From assembly GCA_017542465.1 (NCBI GenBank), contig JAFXXB010000020.1, forward strand, positions 10,329 to 74,328: a stretch of 64,000 nt of DNA, in the 5' to 3' direction. Numbering within the stretch: the stretch's first letter is position 1; the number at the start of each line of letters is the position of its first letter. A program made the position numbers and the translations under genes. Below the pieces are notes generated by a model. That model worked only from the letters and a program-made list of their open reading frames with translations. It searched no databases and was not told where the DNA came from. Below are positions 62,235 to 64,000 of the stretch, piece after piece. The DNA comes from Bacilli bacterium (GTDB lineage Bacteria > Bacillota_I > Bacilli_A > RF39 > UBA660).

Positions 62235-62882
62235 TTAGCTGAAGTTACTCCAAACACTTGCAGGAGTAGTACTTGCTAATCCTTCAGTTTGGATTCCATA
62301 ACCAGTTACAACTACTTCTTTGTTACCAGTTAAACCTTCATTTCCTTTTAATGTACTAAGTAATGTAATACTACTAAATACAGGGTTTGTAGTTGAAGTT
62401 GGTGTTGAAGCATTTGCAGCTTTAGCTAATTCAGTTAAAGTACCATTTGTACCATAATAATATACATGTGTAGCTGTTCCTCCAGAAGTACATGCAACTT
62501 GAGCAGTAGTTAATTCTGTCCAACCAGCATTAACAGTATATGTAAATAATTCTTCTGAAGTAGTAGCAGGAGCTACTATTGTAGTACATGGAACTTCTAC
62601 TTTAGCAAATACATACGCAGGATTCTTAGTTGAAACATTATTAATTAATGGATCCTTTGTAACGCTTTCTCCAGGCATCATATCTTCAGCAGCATCTGGA
62701 ATGTCATTATTATTAGTGTCTGGTAAAGCATCCCATCCTGCTTCTGTTAAAGTAATATCAACATTACCAATTGTAAATGTATTTGTTTTAGTATCTGTAT
62801 CTGTGAAGTAAGCAATTGTTCCTCCAACAACAAAAATCATTAATAATATTGCAGCAGCAATTATTGTTTTCTTTTTATTCAT
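62235..62882 (-). CDS. TasA/CalY-like protein with SipW-cognate signal peptide
   Basis: GGTIAYFTDTDTKTNTFTIGNVDITL; MMPGESVTKDP. Confidence 0.8.
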   Translation of the reverse strand: MNKKKTIIAAAILLMIFVVGGTIAYFTDTDTKTNTFTIGNVDITLTEAGWDALPDTNNNDIPDAAEDMMPGESVTKDPLINNVSTKNPAYVFAKVEVPCTTIVAPATTSEELFTYTVNAGWTELTTAQVACTSGGTATHVYYYGTNGTLTELAKAANASTPTSTTNPVFSSITLLSTLKGNEGLTGNKEVVVTGYGIQTEGLASTTPASVWSNFS

Positions 62883-62906
62883 AAATAAATCTCCTTTTCA
62901 ATTAAA

Positions 62907-64000
62907 TTAATTTGTATTTTCAGTTTCCTTCTTATATAAAAATAAGGTTACTATAAATCCTATAGCAGAAAGAATAAATACTGTAATATGTATGTTAATA
63001 CTAAAATCACCTGTAATAGGATTAATAATATCATCGCCTTTAGTTTCTTCATCATTTAGACTATCGTATGAAAAGATCCATTTAATCTTTGTATACAATT
63101 TACTAAATTCATTATTTGCATCCTTAGGTAATGATACTTCAATATTAAATATATTTCCTTCGCCTGTTTTATATATTCCCAGATTATATTGATTCTTATT
63201 TGCAAGATTACTATTTACTATTTCTTCTCCATTTTGATTCTTAATAGATAATTTAATATTCTCAAGTAGTCTTATTTCTTCATCTGTTAAATTATCATAA
63301 GCAATAGATAAATAATAATTATTTTCAGTTTCGCTTTTATTTAAAAGCACTACCTTATCTTTAACACTATCTCCTGGAAGCATATTTCCAAGTTTATTAA
63401 AGAATTTATCGCTTAATGTTGTATGTTTATTCGTATGATCTTCATATATTATTGAAGATTCACCTTCATAATCAATATCATAAGCTCTATCTACGCTTTT
63501 AATAACATTAACATTATTCCAATTACCATCAAAATTCTTTGATTGAACTGCTTCAACAATAATATGGACAACAACTAGTTTTCCATTATATTCAGAACTT
63601 AAATTTGGAATTTTAACTTTATTAAATAAATCTATAGAACTCTTTTTAGTGAAAACTGAATCATAATAGTAATAATCACCATTCTTTGTCCAAGATAAAT
63701 AATTACCTTCTATATATTCAGTTATAGGAAATTCTTCATTATTAATAGTGTATTCTATTTTTGCTCTTAAATAGCAATCCATACCAAGATTATTTATTCT
63801 AGGAATTAATATTATTTCTGAGCCAGGCATCATCATAGAACCATCTTCATCAAATGGTTCTGAATCTTTATTATATTCTTTGATTTCAATATCAACTGAT
63901 CCAGTAGATAAACCATTTTCTGTAATATTTAATTCATTCCCCAATGAATAAATACCAGAAATAAACATAATAAGAAATAGAAATAAACCTAGAAAGAATA
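62907..64000 (-). CDS. SipW-type fibre accessory protein with C-terminal sorting-like signal; 5' partial
   Basis: Frame open to window end; TGSVDIEI and LPGDSV camelysin-like segments; NPITGD + TM + KK tail. Confidence 0.65.
   Translation of the reverse strand, partial: FFLGLFLFLIMFISGIYSLGNELNITENGLSTGSVDIEIKEYNKDSEPFDEDGSMMMPGSEIILIPRINNLGMDCYLRAKIEYTINNEEFPITEYIEGNYLSWTKNGDYYYYDSVFTKKSSIDLFNKVKIPNLSSEYNGKLVVVHIIVEAVQSKNFDGNWNNVNVIKSVDRAYDIDYEGESSIIYEDHTNKHTTLSDKFFNKLGNMLPGDSVKDKVVLLNKSETENNYYLSIAYDNLTDEEIRLLENIKLSIKNQNGEEIVNSNLANKNQYNLGIYKTGEGNIFNIEVSLPKDANNEFSKLYTKIKWIFSYDSLNDEETKGDDIINPITGDFSINIHITVFILSAIGFIVTLFLYKKETENTN

Noticed and set aside
2923-63192. Short antisense or nested track ORFs (e.g. 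2923, 5666, 7376, 8143, 13151, 18611, 19487, 20387, 21062, 21925, 22718, 25119, 31459, 33636, 35257, 40426, 44364, 48397, 49092, 52932, 54306, 55108, 60487, 60644, 62060, 62992)
   Set aside because: All lie opposite or within well-supported genes, lack RBS and motifs, and have the composition expected of reverse-frame shadows.

Overview
AT-rich chromosomal segment of a low-GC Bacillota genome. It uses the standard code (TGA is a stop, e.g. topB), and the gene content resembles the uncultured RF39-like Bacilli (inference). Most genes are on the minus strand and are housekeeping: trmB, rlmD, rluB, recX, mgtE, mutS, cdaA-cdaR, uvrB, trxA, topB, proS with a T-box, parA-parB, ftsH, tilS. No tRNA, rRNA, CRISPR array, integrase or transposase was seen. 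Two things stand out. (1) Downstream of rlmD (about 9.1-15.25 kb) is a stack of single-gene accessory modules: two CPBP proteases, a GNAT-YoaP acetyltransferase, a protein with two HEPN-like motifs, an alpha/beta hydrolase and DUF4256. They are separated by nine related ~22-bp quasi-palindromic sites (8-6-8 layout) in strictly alternating orientation. Two orphan copies of the rlmD 3' end and terminator lie between modules, each with the same 5-nt insertion. This looks like an integron-like or pdif-like cassette array with no recombinase in cis. (2) A ~560-nt intergenic unit at 46.27-46.83 kb has its own promoter and terminator, many long-range helices and a possible loop-mediated pseudoknot, so it is a candidate large ornate ncRNA. 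Lesser observations: a second structured intergenic RNA candidate, an amidoligase/HExxH gene pair, an FtsH with a Rho_N-like C-terminal module, a rhomboid-serpin pair, an atypical ClpX-like ATPase, and a SipW/TasA-like fibre locus.
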